From Candidatus Saccharimonadota bacterium (GTDB lineage Bacteria > Patescibacteriota > Saccharimonadia > CAILAD01 > GCA-016700035): a stretch of DNA of 64,000 nt. The stretch lies in assembly GCA_046350755.1 (NCBI GenBank), contig JAXLZV010000001.1, forward strand, positions 480,823-544,822, given 5' to 3'. The position numbers and the translations under genes were made by a program. Of the stretch, positions 1 to 9,921 are shown piece by piece. Every line of letters starts with the position of its first letter. The first letter of the stretch is position 1. A model generated the notes under the pieces. The model did not search any database. It was not told the DNA's origin and saw nothing but the letters and a program-made list of their open reading frames with translations.

Positions 1-508
1 ACATGCCCGATGAATAAAACTTTACAGGCGTATCTAAAAACTTTTCTACCTCTGAAAATGCAACGATCTCATCAAACTTGGACTGAATTTCCTTGCGCGA
101 CATCCCTAAAATCGCACCATTAAAATAAACATTCTCACGGCCAGTCAGCTCGGGGTGAAAGCCAGTACCAACTTCAAGCAAACTTGCCACTCGTCCTCGC
201 ATAATGACTTCACCTTTCGTTGGCTCGACTATGCGTGAAAGCACTTTTAGAAGCGTCGATTTACCTGACCCATTGCGACCAATTATGCCTACGACATCGC
301 CTTGCTCTATCTCAAGATTCACATCCTTAAGCGCCCAAAACTTTTCTTTCTTCAGCTGATGTCCGGTGATGAGCTCCAATGGTTTTTTCAGCGTATTCGT
401 GAGAGAGTCACGAAAGGTCATAGTTCCGGCCATCGCTTCTTGCTCATGGCCAATCATGTACGCCTTCGAAAGGCCTTTTATCTCTACTGCTGGCTTAGAC
501 TTGCTCAT
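1..508 (-). CDS. ABC transporter ATP-binding protein, Wzt/TagH-like polysaccharide exporter ATPase, C-terminus cut by the window edge
   Basis: Minus-strand translation from about 508 downward reads MSKSKPAVEIKGL...GDVVGIIGRNGSGKSTLLKVLSRIV... (Walker A) ...FYSSGM. Its ATG overlaps the TGA of the upstream permease as ATGA. Not in the ORF track because it runs off the window. Confidence 0.75.
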   Translation of the reverse strand, partial: MSKSKPAVEIKGLSKAYMIGHEQEAMAGTMTFRDSLTNTLKKPLELITGHQLKKEKFWALKDVNLEIEQGDVVGIIGRNGSGKSTLLKVLSRIVEPTKGEVIMRGRVASLLEVGTGFHPELTGRENVYFNGAILGMSRKEIQSKFDEIVAFSEVEKFLDTPVKFYSSGM

Positions 509-1332
509 ATGATATCCGCAAATTCTTTCTCGCGGCCCTTGAAGTAATATAAGCCGCCGATAAACATAATGATTGCCATCGCCACTGAGAGCATGGTAAG
601 CGGCCAGTCAATTGTGCCAGCTCCGAGAAAACTAGCGCGCACTGCATTTATAACTCCCGTCATAGGGTTTAAGTACAACATCCACTGAAAGCGCTGTGGA
701 ATGGCTGTAACCGGGTATATGACTGGAGTGAGAAAGAGCCCGGTCTGAATAAGGAATGGTAACGCCTGCTTTACATCGCGATATTTTACATTTACGGCAG
801 CCAAAAATAACCCTGGTCCAGTAGCTGTTATAAATGTGACTATAATCGCTGGAATAAGTATTAGCATACCCTGCAGAGTTGGTGGAAACTTGAAATATAT
901 CATTAGCCCAACAAAGATAATCGAAGCAAATCCAAAATCAATAAGCGATACGATCGTAGAGGATATAGGTGGAATTACACGTGGGAAATATACTTTCGTA
1001 ACTACTGACTGATTATCTACCAAGCTATTAGCAGAGCGCTGTAAGGCTTGCGAAAAATAGTTCCAGAAAAGTAAACCAGTATAAGAGAAGATTGCGTATG
1101 GGACATTTGCGGTGCCAGTCTGCACACCAACAGCCTTATTAAAGAATAGCGTGAATACCACCATCTGAATAAACGGCTGCAAGACCGCCCAAAGAATACC
1201 GATAGCTGTCTGCTTATAGCGAACTTTTACGTCACGCCATGCGAAGTAGAAGAAGAGCTCGCGGTACTCCTTGAGCTCTTTCCAATCAATCGTAAGTCGC
1301 TTCTTCGGGCGAATGACAACTACATGTTCCAT
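505..1332 (-). CDS. ABC-2 type polysaccharide/teichoic-acid export permease (Wzm/TagG-like)
   Basis: 275 aa with 6 predicted TM helices and the ABC-2 permease family pattern. Translationally coupled to the downstream ATPase. Confidence 0.8.
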   Translation of the reverse strand: MEHVVVIRPKKRLTIDWKELKEYRELFFYFAWRDVKVRYKQTAIGILWAVLQPFIQMVVFTLFFNKAVGVQTGTANVPYAIFSYTGLLFWNYFSQALQRSANSLVDNQSVVTKVYFPRVIPPISSTIVSLIDFGFASIIFVGLMIYFKFPPTLQGMLILIPAIIVTFITATGPGLFLAAVNVKYRDVKQALPFLIQTGLFLTPVIYPVTAIPQRFQWMLYLNPMTGVINAVRASFLGAGTIDWPLTMLSVAMAIIMFIGGLYYFKGREKEFADII

Positions 1333-1347
1333 CAGTAGATAATTATA

Positions 1348-2421
1348 CTACAGGTGGGAACGGTTTTCTCGATACCAAGTAATGGTTTTTTGCAGTCCTT
1401 CTTGTATCTCGATTTTATGATGCCACCCAAGGCTATGCACCTTACTGACATCCATATAACGTCTGAATGTGCCATCAGGCTTAGATGTGTCGAACTCAAT
1501 CTTCACATCTGTACCGACGATTTCTTTAATCATCTCTACAAGTTCGCGGATTGTGATGTCTTTACCGGTACCTAAATTTATATGGGTATTGCGTACTTCT
1601 TCCATGCCGTGGCTGAGATCTGCAAAATCTACGTTGTTCATTACATACACGCATGCTTCAGCCATGTCGTCTGAATGCATAAATTCGCGATATGGCTTAC
1701 CACTTCCCCACACTTTAAGAACAAATTTATCGCCACTTTTCTCAATTCCATGTTTTTTCAGTTCGCTTAACACTGACTCCTCGGTGGCAGTTTGGAGCTT
1801 GAGATCACGAGCAGCCTCGTCAATATCACCATCTTCCAAATATTTACAGAGTATTAATTTGCGAATGAGTGCTGGAATAACGTGCGACTTCTCAAGATCG
1901 AAGTTATCATTTTCCCCGTATAGATTTGCTGGCATTACGGACACATAATTCGTACCATATTGGAGATTGTAACTCTCAGAGAGTTTAATACCAGCGATTT
2001 TCGCAAGCGCATATGGCTCATTTGTATACTCCAGCTCACCAGTCAATAGACTGTCTTCACGAACTGGTAGAGCTGCGTGCTTAGGATAAATACACACGCT
2101 ACCCAAAAACAAAAGCTTCTTCACATTATTTTTATAACTCGCACTGATAATGCTGTCCTGTATGGCCAGATTGCTATAAATAAAATCGGCGCGATAGGTA
2201 TTATTAGCATTAATCCCACCGACCTTGGCGGCTGCCAAGAACACATACTCAGGCTTTTCTTTTTCAAAAAAACTGTCAACTGCACCCTGATCAATAAGGT
2301 CAAGATCTGCGTGAGTTTTTCCGATTAGGTTTGAATAGCCTTCTTTTTCTAAGTAGCGCCAGATGGCACTTCCCACGAGTCCACGATGACCAGCGATGTA
2401 TATCTTACTATCTTTCTGCAT
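1348..2421 (-). CDS. fcl: GDP-L-fucose synthase (GDP-4-keto-6-deoxy-D-mannose 3,5-epimerase/4-reductase)
   Basis: N-terminal Rossmann motif IYIAGHRGLVGSAI. Extended SDR fold with family-typical motifs (YALAKIAG, catalytic Y..K). Reads as a GMER family protein. Confidence 0.8.
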   Translation of the reverse strand: MQKDSKIYIAGHRGLVGSAIWRYLEKEGYSNLIGKTHADLDLIDQGAVDSFFEKEKPEYVFLAAAKVGGINANNTYRADFIYSNLAIQDSIISASYKNNVKKLLFLGSVCIYPKHAALPVREDSLLTGELEYTNEPYALAKIAGIKLSESYNLQYGTNYVSVMPANLYGENDNFDLEKSHVIPALIRKLILCKYLEDGDIDEAARDLKLQTATEESVLSELKKHGIEKSGDKFVLKVWGSGKPYREFMHSDDMAEACVYVMNNVDFADLSHGMEEVRNTHINLGTGKDITIRELVEMIKEIVGTDVKIEFDTSKPDGTFRRYMDVSKVHSLGWHHKIEIQEGLQKTITWYRENRSHL

Positions 2422-2481
2422 TCCAGGATTATATCAAATACTCTTTGTACTTCCTAAAGTAAGCTCTAATAGAAGTAAAAA

Positions 2482-4143
2482 CTAATTAGCGTAGAAGCCT
2501 ATCCCCTCATAGTTAAAGCCGTTTCTGCGAGCTGCTTCACGCTCATCGATACTTACAGTGTAGAAATGAGTACGGCCATAGGGGTTGTAAAGTCTAAAGA
2601 CTGGAGTACCAGAAGCAGAAGGATTAGAATAATATGCTATGCCTTCGTAGTTATAGCCACTTCTTGCAGCACTATCCCTTTCGTCAGGCCATACCGTGAA
2701 GAAGTGGCGATTAAGGACAGGATTATACAGTCGATAGACTGGCGTAGAAGTGGCTGCAGTTGGCACCGAGTATGCTATGCCCTCATAAGTGTATCCAGCA
2801 GCTGCGGCCGTAGTATCTCGTTCTTGCTTGCTGATGGTGTAGAAGTGGCGATTGAGGACTGGGTTGTAGGAACGATAAACTGGCCGAGTAACTCCGAGTG
2901 GAGGATCGGTGACTGTAACATCAAGATATATACCGGGATCATTCAGTACTCCACCGCCTGAACCTTCTCGTACGAGCATAAACCACTCCCTGTAAACGCC
3001 TGCAGCCAAATCGGCAGGAGCCACGAAGTTAAAGTTGAATCGAGCAATTTGACCATACTGCGCTCGATGCTGATCGGCTGCCAAGGTCACACCGTCTGCT
3101 TCATAGACGGCTGCAAATGTCAGTGCGGGCCTATTCTGAGAACCACCCCATTGCGCGCCGAGCTGGCTTAAGCGATTGACAGGTCTTGCTGTGGCTAAAT
3201 GGATAGGGTTGGTGCCAGCTGGGGCACTTGCTAGACTAACATCGTCATACCATACCTGGTTACCTGTATTTTTTAGGCTTACGTATGCGGCGGCAGACTG
3301 ACCGGCTTGAATAGTAGGATAGGCAGACTGGCCAGCATACACAGAGCTCCAACTCGGCGTGCTTGTACTTCCAGCGCCCCACCAACCTTCCCAGATCGAG
3401 CCAAAAGCCTGACCGAGATATGGCGTGTAGTTATAGAGCGAAGCGGTCGCACCAGTCTCGAGATACACACCCTTCCAGTAGCCATCATAATATACCGCCG
3501 CACAGCTTCCACAGCGCTTACGCGTCCCCTGGGTCATTGGCCCATAATACGTGATGCTCGCATCGTCCGGCACCATCCAGGCCAAGTTGCCATTGGCCCG
3601 CTCCTTACCCCACTTCAATGTCCACATACCCTTCGTGAGTTGGCGCGCCACACCCATATTTTCATCACGATCGACACATGTCTGAATGGTTGTACCGTTA
3701 AAGACTGTTGTGCGTGGGTTCGCTCCGTCAAAACAGTGGAAGCCTACCGCGCTAGCATATCGCCATTGCGCACAGCCAGCATTGCCGGTCACGAGATTCT
3801 CTTCTTGCTCAAGTTTCGTCAACATAACCCGTGGATTGACCCCATAGACGTCAGCTACCCGACGAATGATCTGCGCCACACTCCCTGTGCCTGAGTAATT
3901 AAAGTAGGCCTGGGTCGGATCAGAGCTCGGCATGGAATCGGTGTAGTTTTTCAGACAGCTGTTCGGGAACTGATTCAAGAAAGCTTGGATATCGTTCGCG
4001 CTCATACTGGCCGAAGCGTCAAACACCGCATCGTCAATGATGCGGCCGTTGGTAGTGGCAGCCTGCGCCGTACCGCTAGCCATAAGTGTAACCGCAAACA
4101 ACCCGACCACCATAACGCTCATCTTTTTTAGCAAACTTATCAT
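2482..4143 (-). CDS. secreted protein with signal peptide and four C-terminal ~40-aa tandem repeats
   Basis: N-terminal signal peptide ...MASGTAQAATTNG. The C-terminus carries 4 copies of the motif [RL]YNP-x4-HFYT-x4-ER-x6-GY-x-YEGI. The repeat units are also visible at DNA level between about 2490 and 2950. Confidence 0.5.
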   Translation of the reverse strand: MISLLKKMSVMVVGLFAVTLMASGTAQAATTNGRIIDDAVFDASASMSANDIQAFLNQFPNSCLKNYTDSMPSSDPTQAYFNYSGTGSVAQIIRRVADVYGVNPRVMLTKLEQEENLVTGNAGCAQWRYASAVGFHCFDGANPRTTVFNGTTIQTCVDRDENMGVARQLTKGMWTLKWGKERANGNLAWMVPDDASITYYGPMTQGTRKRCGSCAAVYYDGYWKGVYLETGATASLYNYTPYLGQAFGSIWEGWWGAGSTSTPSWSSVYAGQSAYPTIQAGQSAAAYVSLKNTGNQVWYDDVSLASAPAGTNPIHLATARPVNRLSQLGAQWGGSQNRPALTFAAVYEADGVTLAADQHRAQYGQIARFNFNFVAPADLAAGVYREWFMLVREGSGGGVLNDPGIYLDVTVTDPPLGVTRPVYRSYNPVLNRHFYTISKQERDTTAAAAGYTYEGIAYSVPTAATSTPVYRLYNPVLNRHFFTVWPDERDSAARSGYNYEGIAYYSNPSASGTPVFRLYNPYGRTHFYTVSIDEREAARRNGFNYEGIGFYAN

Positions 4144-4709
4144 CTCACCTCCAATGTCTGGGTTGCGCTACTTTTCTGCGCCCCCTGTGCATCACTTATA
4201 ATCGCGGCCACGGTCCAGCTACCTTTTTCGGCCGCCCAGATCCAGCTGGCGCCAAATTCTCCACGACCGTTATCTGTTAATGTCTTCTTATCAAGATTAA
4301 TAGTTTTCGGCCCAGTCAGTCTGATAGTGCAGCTATAACTTGCCGTTGTTGTGCAGAGAAACTCAATATTTGCACCAGCTGGCACAGAGCCGTTATTACC
4401 ACTTGATTTCGCCAACAATGGTGTCGGTAAAGCATTACTTGTGTTGCCACTCGGACTAGTCGATGTCTGCGAGCCTGACAATTTCTGATTTTGCTCACTC
4501 GTATTGGTCGAAGATTCGTCCGTCGTAGTGTCGTTTCCAAGCTCGGTCTGAGGATTTGGCGACTGCTGTTGAGCTTGAATCAGCTTGCGTTGCTGCCACC
4601 AGCGATAACCAAAAAAACCAACCAAAGCCACCGATACGATGACGATGATGGTAATATAAATCGGTTTTCGCGATTTGGTATTCTTTTTTAGGTTTGGGCC
4701 GTAAACCAT
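4140..4709 (-). CDS. membrane-anchored Ser/Thr/Asn-rich protein, probably translationally coupled with the repeat protein
   Basis: N-terminal TM helix, a long low-complexity S/T/N/Q stretch and a C-terminal beta-rich domain. Its stop overlaps the downstream start as ATGA at 4140-4143. Confidence 0.45.
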   Translation of the reverse strand: MVYGPNLKKNTKSRKPIYITIIVIVSVALVGFFGYRWWQQRKLIQAQQQSPNPQTELGNDTTTDESSTNTSEQNQKLSGSQTSTSPSGNTSNALPTPLLAKSSGNNGSVPAGANIEFLCTTTASYSCTIRLTGPKTINLDKKTLTDNGRGEFGASWIWAAEKGSWTVAAIISDAQGAQKSSATQTLEVR

Positions 4710-4790
4710 AACCCCCCGAATTTACCCTGTCATTATAGCATAAGCACTCGAGGAGCCAGTGAAATATTTCACACCCTCACTGCGAAATTA

Positions 4791-6278
4791 TTACCTAGCG
4801 ACCCTGACGATAAGAAAATCACTATCCCGATACACAGATTCCATCCCGGCTGAAGCATATGATTGCTCGGCAGCGTCGGTTGCCACCTGATCGCCACGGG
4901 TATCAATCACGGCATATTTGAGACCTAAGGGCTGAAGAGAGCGCAGCGCTGTTGGCGACAAATCAGCCAGCGACCAGCCCTTACGATGCGCGAAGTACAG
5001 GAGCTGTGGATTACCACTCCAATTCACCGCAACCAGATCTCTCCTCTCAGAAAGGCGGTCCATTATCTGCTCAAGCCGCAGCGCTGACGTTGAACCAAGC
5101 GCATACCAAGGCTTGATAGTTTGATACGTGTGTTTGGCTGCGGCCGCTACAACCACTATTGATAAAACTACGGCGACCCATCGACTCTCCTTAGCTATAA
5201 CCTGATAGAGCCAAACCGCACCAATTGCCATCACCAAGGCCAATACAGGTGTCAGCGGCAGACTGTAGTAGTTATGATAGAAGCTTTTATTGCCAAAGAT
5301 AAGTAAAAAGGCACCTATCGATCCAGCCCAAATCAGCGGCACCCAATCACGTCGCGCCACCAGCCGAATTAGCCCGAACAACGCAAACACATAGTAGAAG
5401 AACGTGCCCTTAGCAAACGGCAAGCTGTAAAATTGGAGCACCCCAATCAGCCCACCTTGCCTGAGTAGCTCGTAAGACAGTTTGAGACTCAGATCACCGT
5501 AGTAATATTGTCCGAGTCCATAATTCGCGCTCAAATAGGCTGATTGTCGATACCACAAAAGACTTGGTAAAACTACCAGAAGTATCACCCAGCCAACATT
5601 TTGCCAGCTCATAGCCTTTCGAATGCGTCGCCAGCCTATGATCGCCAAAATCACTGGGGCGATAAATACGGCGGGTAACTTCACAAGGCACGCCAGGCTT
5701 AAGAAAATGAGCAACAGAATCAACTGCCGACGCTTCCCGGTTTCACTGAAGCGCTGAGCATAATATATCGCGCCAAGCGACAAGGAGACCATCAGAACAT
5801 CTGGCTGAATGTTGCGTGAAAAATAAAACCACAGTGGTAAAAGCGCCAACCCGCCAGCCGCCACAATCGCCGTCTGTTGATCATAGCGCCGCTTCACAAA
5901 AGCGTAGAAGAAACCCATCCCCATACAGCTGGCTAGTAAAGAAATTGGTCGACCATGCCAATGAGTAAACCCAAATACAGTATTCGTCAGATAAAGAAGA
6001 CCATTGTAGAGCGGGAATTCCATCCCGGTCACGCCACTATACTGGGCTCGCATATCAATTCGCGGCATAAAGATGTTGACCGACTCTTCGCGCAAGTTTC
6101 TCGCCACCGCAGCCGTGTCGGTTTGACGCCATGAATGCAGGTCGAGAGGCGGATTGGTGAGGCCTGGCAGATGGGCTATAATAAATACCGCTAGCAACAC
6201 GCAAAAGGCGATATTATTCTGAATAAAACTACCTACCCTCTGCCAGATCCGTGTCGCAACTTTTTGAAATCGACCCAT
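4791..6278 (-). CDS. GT-C family glycosyltransferase (ArnT/PMT-like, GT39/GT83-type) polytopic membrane protein
   Basis: 495 aa with more than 10 TM helices. Organisation resembles the dolichyl/undecaprenyl-phosphate-sugar-dependent GT-C glycosyltransferases. Confidence 0.6.
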   Translation of the reverse strand: MGRFQKVATRIWQRVGSFIQNNIAFCVLLAVFIIAHLPGLTNPPLDLHSWRQTDTAAVARNLREESVNIFMPRIDMRAQYSGVTGMEFPLYNGLLYLTNTVFGFTHWHGRPISLLASCMGMGFFYAFVKRRYDQQTAIVAAGGLALLPLWFYFSRNIQPDVLMVSLSLGAIYYAQRFSETGKRRQLILLLIFLSLACLVKLPAVFIAPVILAIIGWRRIRKAMSWQNVGWVILLVVLPSLLWYRQSAYLSANYGLGQYYYGDLSLKLSYELLRQGGLIGVLQFYSLPFAKGTFFYYVFALFGLIRLVARRDWVPLIWAGSIGAFLLIFGNKSFYHNYYSLPLTPVLALVMAIGAVWLYQVIAKESRWVAVVLSIVVVAAAAKHTYQTIKPWYALGSTSALRLEQIMDRLSERRDLVAVNWSGNPQLLYFAHRKGWSLADLSPTALRSLQPLGLKYAVIDTRGDQVATDAAEQSYASAGMESVYRDSDFLIVRVAR

Positions 6279-6305
6279 AGTAAAATTAGTATACAGTCAG
6301 CATCG

Positions 6306-7178
6306 CTATCGCCGAAAGCCTAAAACTTGCTGCAGCAAATAGTCACCATAGCCACTCTTTGCCAGCGGCTGAGCTAGTCGCTCGAGCTGGTCGGCCGTGA
6401 TATAGCCTTCGCGATACGCCACCTCTTCGATACAGCCAATCTTGAGGCCGGTCCGTTTTTCGATCACCTCAACAAATTGCGCGGCATCACTCATAGATGC
6501 AAAAGTACCGGTGTCAAGCCAGGCCGAACCTTGATCCATATTTTGCACCGCAAGCTTATTTTGCCGCAGGTAGGCTTCATTCACGGCCGTGATCTCAAGT
6601 TCGCCCCGCGCGCTAGGCTGGATATTGTGGGCTATTTCGACCACAGAGTTGTCGTAAAAATACAGACCAACCACTGCGTAGTTCGACTTCGGCTGAGTCG
6701 GCTTTTCCTCGATGGATATTGCTTTACCTTCAGCATCAAACTCGACGACTCCGTATCTCTCTGGATCCGATACTTGATAAGCAAATATCACCCCACCGTC
6801 AGGATCGGCGCTGGCCTTCAAGCTTTCGCCAAAAACCTGCCCGTAGAAAATATTATCGCCAAGGATCAGCGCCACCTTCTCGCTGCCAATAAACTGCTCC
6901 CCGATGATAAACGCCTGCGCTAACCCACCAGGCTCAGGCTGCACTGCATAATCGAGCCGAATGCCAAGGTCGGAGCCGTCGCCGAGCAATCTCATAAACT
7001 GCTCCCGATCGTGCGGGGTGGTAATAATCAGTACCTCCCGAATCCCAGCCATCATCAGAGTCGACAAGGGATAATAGATCATGGGCTTGTCATAAATCGG
7101 CATCAACTGCTTCGAGATCCCTTTGGTAATCGGGTAGAGGCGCGTCCCCGAACCACCGGCTAGGATTATCCCCTTCAT
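6306..7178 (-). CDS. rmlA: glucose-1-phosphate thymidylyltransferase
   Basis: [39 protein letters not shown] is the canonical RmlA/RfbA N-terminus. 290 aa. Confidence 0.9.
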   Translation of the reverse strand: MKGIILAGGSGTRLYPITKGISKQLMPIYDKPMIYYPLSTLMMAGIREVLIITTPHDREQFMRLLGDGSDLGIRLDYAVQPEPGGLAQAFIIGEQFIGSEKVALILGDNIFYGQVFGESLKASADPDGGVIFAYQVSDPERYGVVEFDAEGKAISIEEKPTQPKSNYAVVGLYFYDNSVVEIAHNIQPSARGELEITAVNEAYLRQNKLAVQNMDQGSAWLDTGTFASMSDAAQFVEVIEKRTGLKIGCIEEVAYREGYITADQLERLAQPLAKSGYGDYLLQQVLGFRR

Positions 7179-7193
7179 AGTATTGAGAAGCGC

Positions 7194-7595
7194 TTATCGA
7201 CCCGCTGAAGATTTTGTAATTTTTGCATTCAAAACCAACCACAGACCAACAAGCACCAGGATTCCGAACCAAATCAAATCAAAGCTTTCAGCCGAAACGA
7301 TGCCTAAATTGCGCAAAATAAATATCAGGCCAAGTACCATCAAAACTAAGCCTTCGGCAGCTTTGCCACAGCCAGTCATCAGTACACCGCCCAAAAATGC
7401 CAGAATTGGAATCACCTGCCGAGGAATCAAATCAGCGCCAGCTGACTTCGTCATAATCATCGACAAAAAGGCCAATCCGACAATAATAACTACCACTCCA
7501 ATGAGTACAGTTCCTGAGCTACCAGTAGTCTCATGGCGTACCGTCATCTCACGATTCGCTTCCTGTAGTTTTCTGACTTCATCTTCGCGTGACAT
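7194..7595 (-). CDS. small polytopic membrane protein (4 TM)
   Basis: Start refined to the ATG (MSREDEVRKL) at 7595, which has a strong GGAGGAAG RBS. It overlaps the upstream stop as TAATG. 133 aa. Confidence 0.5.
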   Translation of the reverse strand: MSREDEVRKLQEANREMTVRHETTGSSGTVLIGVVVIIVGLAFLSMIMTKSAGADLIPRQVIPILAFLGGVLMTGCGKAAEGLVLMVLGLIFILRNLGIVSAESFDLIWFGILVLVGLWLVLNAKITKSSAGR

Positions 7596-8665
7596 TATGC
7601 TTCCTCCGCTATTAAAGCTAAGTTCTTGAGATAAACCGCTAACCATACAAAACTCAGACCAAAAGCTGAGAGTTCAAAAGCTGTTAGATTCAGATACTCA
7701 AAATAGATAAATCCGACATAACAGCCAACCAAAGCGGCGGCAATACTATACGAGAAGATCATGAATTCACGCGATAACTTCGGCGACGTCCAGCGCAAAG
7801 CTGCGATCAAGAATAGAAAGCCAAGCACAAGCGAACTGGCAGTGAGGTTATGCATCGTCGCCTTATAGGTTCCCTCGACGTAAGGAAACAGTCCGACTCC
7901 TGCCAGAGCGAGGGCGATGAGCACAAACACTGACTTAATGACGTTCAGCTTGAGATCCGTCTGGTGCTTATCAATCGCCGGCGCGAGCGAATTAAACAAA
8001 TTCTCGGTCAGTGCCAGCATAACCAGGCCTGAGAAAATCAGCGTAAAGTTAAAGACCTTAGCAGTGTTCGATTCGGGCATACCTAGATAGCTAAAGTGTA
8101 CCTGCCACCAGTCAGCCTGATTATTTGTCACCATCGCGAGCAAGACGCCGCCGACCAAGATAATGCCCAAAACCGCTACGATCTGATTGATTGTCACACG
8201 GTACGCCTGATTAATGATGATATAGGTGCTCACACCAACAGCTGCACCGACAAAAACACTCGAAATATATGGATCAAGAGCCAGCTCTTTAAAGGCGTTT
8301 GAGAGCACATAAGCTGTCAGTGCTGCAGCTGCACTGGCTAGCACCGTATAGGCAAAGGCCAGCGTCAGCGTATCGCGCCAAAACACCCAGCGCTTTGGCA
8401 GAGTCTGCTTGGTCTTGTCATGCAACCAAACGCGACCTCTTCGATAGAAATAACTAAAGCAAACTAGGGTTGTCAGCGCAATCAGCAGGAGCGCAACCCG
8501 CGCCATCGAGGTACTCCCAGTGATCGGTACCGTACTGACGCCGACACCTAAAAACCAAGCTAGCGCGATAAAGGCCGATACCAGGCCAATTGGCATCGCC
8601 CAGCGCAGTGCAATATGCTCGGCTATCTTGGCTTGTTGAGTGCGTATATCAACTGCTTTTACCAT
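7595..8665 (-). CDS. polytopic integral membrane protein, unknown function
   Basis: Start refined to MVKAVDIRT at 8665. The track start at 8764 would lie only 5 nt from the divergent gene. About 9-10 TM helices. Confidence 0.5.
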   Translation of the reverse strand: MVKAVDIRTQQAKIAEHIALRWAMPIGLVSAFIALAWFLGVGVSTVPITGSTSMARVALLLIALTTLVCFSYFYRRGRVWLHDKTKQTLPKRWVFWRDTLTLAFAYTVLASAAAALTAYVLSNAFKELALDPYISSVFVGAAVGVSTYIIINQAYRVTINQIVAVLGIILVGGVLLAMVTNNQADWWQVHFSYLGMPESNTAKVFNFTLIFSGLVMLALTENLFNSLAPAIDKHQTDLKLNVIKSVFVLIALALAGVGLFPYVEGTYKATMHNLTASSLVLGFLFLIAALRWTSPKLSREFMIFSYSIAAALVGCYVGFIYFEYLNLTAFELSAFGLSFVWLAVYLKNLALIAEEA

Positions 8666-8769
8666 ATCTGCATAGTACACCCAGATGAAAAAAAGGTCTA
8701 TCTGTTGGTACCTGATCCTAGTTATGCTCGTCTTTTTGGCAGCTGGGGGTATAATGATGGGCAAATCCT

Positions 8770-9921
8770 ATGGCTACTCATAAAACCCCTGAACTCGCTG
8801 GCCTAACGCCAGAACTTGCCCTGATTCGCAATGAACGTCGGTCGCTGCTAATCTTTGGTTGCGCCTTCATACTGCTCGGCATTGCCATCGCCCAATCTCC
8901 GGAGATCTTCTTTGCTCCGGCCGCTTTCCTCATGAGCCTAGGCTTAATCGCCAGTGGTTTACTCAAGGCGTTTCAATTTTTCCTCGGCAAGAATAAGCGC
9001 GGTTACAGCTTCAAAAGCGCGGCGCTCATCCTCGGCCAGGTCTTGATCGACATTGGTGTTGGTGTGATTTTCCTCATCAACCAATCAATTTCGTTCAAGG
9101 TCGTCGCCTTCTTCTTAGGCCTCCTTTTTATGACTGACGGCGCCATTCAGCTAGTGGTTGCTTGGCGATCCCGTGGAGTAAAGGCTCGATTGATATTCTT
9201 TATCAACGCTATTTTTACGTTTTCACTCGGAGCGCTGACGATCCTCCTGATTCCCCAACTGAAAATCGGTGGCGTTGCCCTCTTGGTAGCCATCCGCCTA
9301 ATCTCCTTCGGCGCCGTTCTTATCAGTATGTCGATCCGGAGCCGCAATAATGCCCTGCCAGTGATCTACCGAGAAGTTGAGCCGGACGTCCTACACCGCG
9401 AAATCGGCGAGCTCTATGCCTGCTACTTCGGCTCCGGCTTTCACTTAGGCGTCTACATCGGCAATAACGAAGTTGTCCATTATCGCGACGACAGCATCGT
9501 CCACCGCACTAGTTGGGAAGAATTCCTGCGCGGTCGCGAGCCACAACACTGGCGCTATCCCGACATCAAGGTGGCTCCGGTCGATGTCGTGGTGAAGACC
9601 GCAAAGGCGCAGGCTGGGAAGAAGATGAAGTACAACTTAATCACCAACAACTGCGAACACTTCGCAATTTATTGTAAGACCGGTGGCGCACAACGCGACT
9701 CGCGTTACGCTCAAACAAGCTCAGCCATCACCAACCTCAAACAGCGCCCATTTATTGCCGTCTTTGTCGAAGCTTATACTCGTGCCGGGGAATGGCTGGC
9801 CTTCCACTTCGGAGGCACATTTGGCCATAAGGTTTCTTACCGCATTCGTCGTTTCAACTCAATGGTAACTGCCTGGATGCTATCAACCAAGCAGCCTAAG
9901 CCAGCGAAAGTCAAAAGCTAA
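8770..9921 (+). CDS. fusion of an HdeD/DUF308-like six-TM membrane domain with a C-terminal LRAT/H-Rev107 (NlpC/P60 superfamily) acyltransferase/phospholipase-like domain
   Basis: The N-terminus has repeated G-x-L-x-I-x-G motifs typical of HdeD. The C-terminus has HLGVYIGNNEVVH and NCEHFAIYC, the His / Cys(NCEHF) catalytic pair of the LRAT family. Confidence 0.6.
   Translation: MATHKTPELAGLTPELALIRNERRSLLIFGCAFILLGIAIAQSPEIFFAPAAFLMSLGLIASGLLKAFQFFLGKNKRGYSFKSAALILGQVLIDIGVGVIFLINQSISFKVVAFFLGLLFMTDGAIQLVVAWRSRGVKARLIFFINAIFTFSLGALTILLIPQLKIGGVALLVAIRLISFGAVLISMSIRSRNNALPVIYREVEPDVLHREIGELYACYFGSGFHLGVYIGNNEVVHYRDDSIVHRTSWEEFLRGREPQHWRYPDIKVAPVDVVVKTAKAQAGKKMKYNLITNNCEHFAIYCKTGGAQRDSRYAQTSSAITNLKQRPFIAVFVEAYTRAGEWLAFHFGGTFGHKVSYRIRRFNSMVTAWMLSTKQPKPAKVKS

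Noticed and set aside
302-547. 81-aa plus-strand ORF
   Set aside because: It is antisense to the conserved ABC ATPase N-terminus (Walker A region). It is spurious.
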